DNA of 63,914 nucleotides, counting the filler, from Octopus bimaculoides (taxonomy: Eukaryota), in NCBI RefSeq assembly GCF_001194135.2. It is 5 parts of 4 records of this genome, joined end to end, with 100 filler letters (N's around TTAATTAATTAA, not from the genome) between each part and the next. Parts side by side here need not be neighbours in the genome. Positions count along the whole stretch, not along the records: positions 62,758 to 63,914 come from NC_068982.1; 4 more parts are not named here. The stretch is one strand, 5' to 3'. Numbering within the stretch: the stretch's first letter is position 1; each line of letters opens with the position of its first letter. The notes beneath the pieces are model-generated. The model was not told the DNA's origin, did no database searches, and saw only the letters and a program-made list of their open reading frames with translations. Positions 62,930 through 63,914 of this stretch are shown one piece after another. Both the position numbers and the translations under genes were made by a program.

Positions 62930-63835
62930 CCTGGTAATGTGCACTGGAAAGAGGTATCATCATTCATGTCGATACCCAGGTCCCTCACTGATTTAGGCTC
63001 TGAGATTGAGATTCCCTGTGGATCAGTGTACCCTGTAAGCTTCATATTTAGTTTTCGACGCTGATAGCACAGGGCTTGGAATTTTTCAGCACTAAACTGC
63101 ATATTATTATCTTCAGCCCATCTGTATATTGAGTCCAACTCCTGCTGCAGATGTGCAGCATCGCTGGGGTTCTGTATTTTCTGCGAGACTTTCGTATCGT
63201 CTACGTAGCTTGCAAGGGTGGCTATCCGGGCACTTGAGGGCATATCTGAGAGAGCCACTACAAAAAGCAGTCGTCCCAAGACACTGCCCTGTAGAACACT
63301 ACTCACTATTTGTGTTTTCATAGAGGTGGCTCTATTAGCCACTACTGCCTTTCAAAAAGTCATGTAACCACTCTCCAAGTTTTCCAGCTATGCCGAGATC
63401 ACGCAGTTTGTGGCATATCATACCATGATCCACTTTGTCAAAAGCTTTTGCAAAATCAAGGTATATTACGTCCACATTTGAGCTGTTGAGTAACTGCCTC
63501 AACACCCAGTCATAATGTTGTAAGAGTTCGGTCAGGCAGCTCCTACCTGGTCGAAAGCCATGCTGGGTATCACTCAGCAAGTTATTTTCTTCAAGGAACG
63601 CGATTAGCTTCCTTCTGACTATCTGTTCCATGACTTTGCTGATGTGTGAAGTCAGAGAGATAGGCCTCTAGTTTTTGGCATCTACTCTGCTTTCAGCTTT
63701 ATAGATTGGGCATATTATTCCCTCCTTCAGCTTGCAAGAAAGCTTTGGAAGAGAATCTGGAGAGTTTTTGCCAGGGCATACTTACACGATTTGAGGAGGA
63801 TTGCTCGGAAACCATCAGGGCCAGCGGTATATGAA
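62930..63835 (-). pseudogene. CR1/L2-type LINE reverse transcriptase fragment
   Basis: NYRPISLTSHISKVMEQIV, QHGFRPGRSC, VIYLDFAKAFDKVDH, VLQGSVLGRLLF, YVDDTK, VRDLGI; one frameshift near 63340. Confidence 0.92.
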
Positions 63836-63914
63836 TGCATATATACATACGTATATGTACATACTTACATCTATACGTATATATACATGCGTATATATAT
63901 ATATATATATATAT

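Overview
AT-rich animal (eukaryotic) genomic DNA from a draft assembly. About 20 N-gaps total ~6.3 kb, and simple repeats are very dense: (TA)n, (CA)n, (GA)n, (TACA)n, (GATA)n, (AAT)n, (AAG)n. The repeat landscape resembles what I recall of octopus (coleoid cephalopod) genomes; this is inference, not a database result. Almost all supplied ORFs are microsatellite or N-gap artefacts. The recognisable content is mostly decayed transposons: two full-length Tc1 elements with TIRs and TA TSDs (one with DD36E spacing), four to five mariner relics, four R4/Dong-type restriction-like-endonuclease LINE 3' fragments, two CR1/L2-type RT fragments, a Tx1/L1 ORF2 fragment, two gag-like zinc-knuckle relics, several tRNA-derived SINE families, two MITE-like fold-back elements, and six copies of a ~0.54 kb element bounded by (ATT)n-type microsatellite. 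One convincing host exon is visible on the + strand (15132-15297, divergent CUB-like domain), so the window may be largely intronic. The most interesting signals: (1) Penelope-type minimal hammerhead ribozymes, one intact and sitting behind a tRNA-derived Pol III head and an (AAT)n linker (47032-47320); (2) a TTAA-flanked MITE centred on a head-to-head telomeric-repeat palindrome; (3) the microsatellite-anchored 0.54 kb element. No prokaryotic features (CRISPR, operons) are present. Relic boundaries are approximate unless TIR/TSD or splice coordinates are given.
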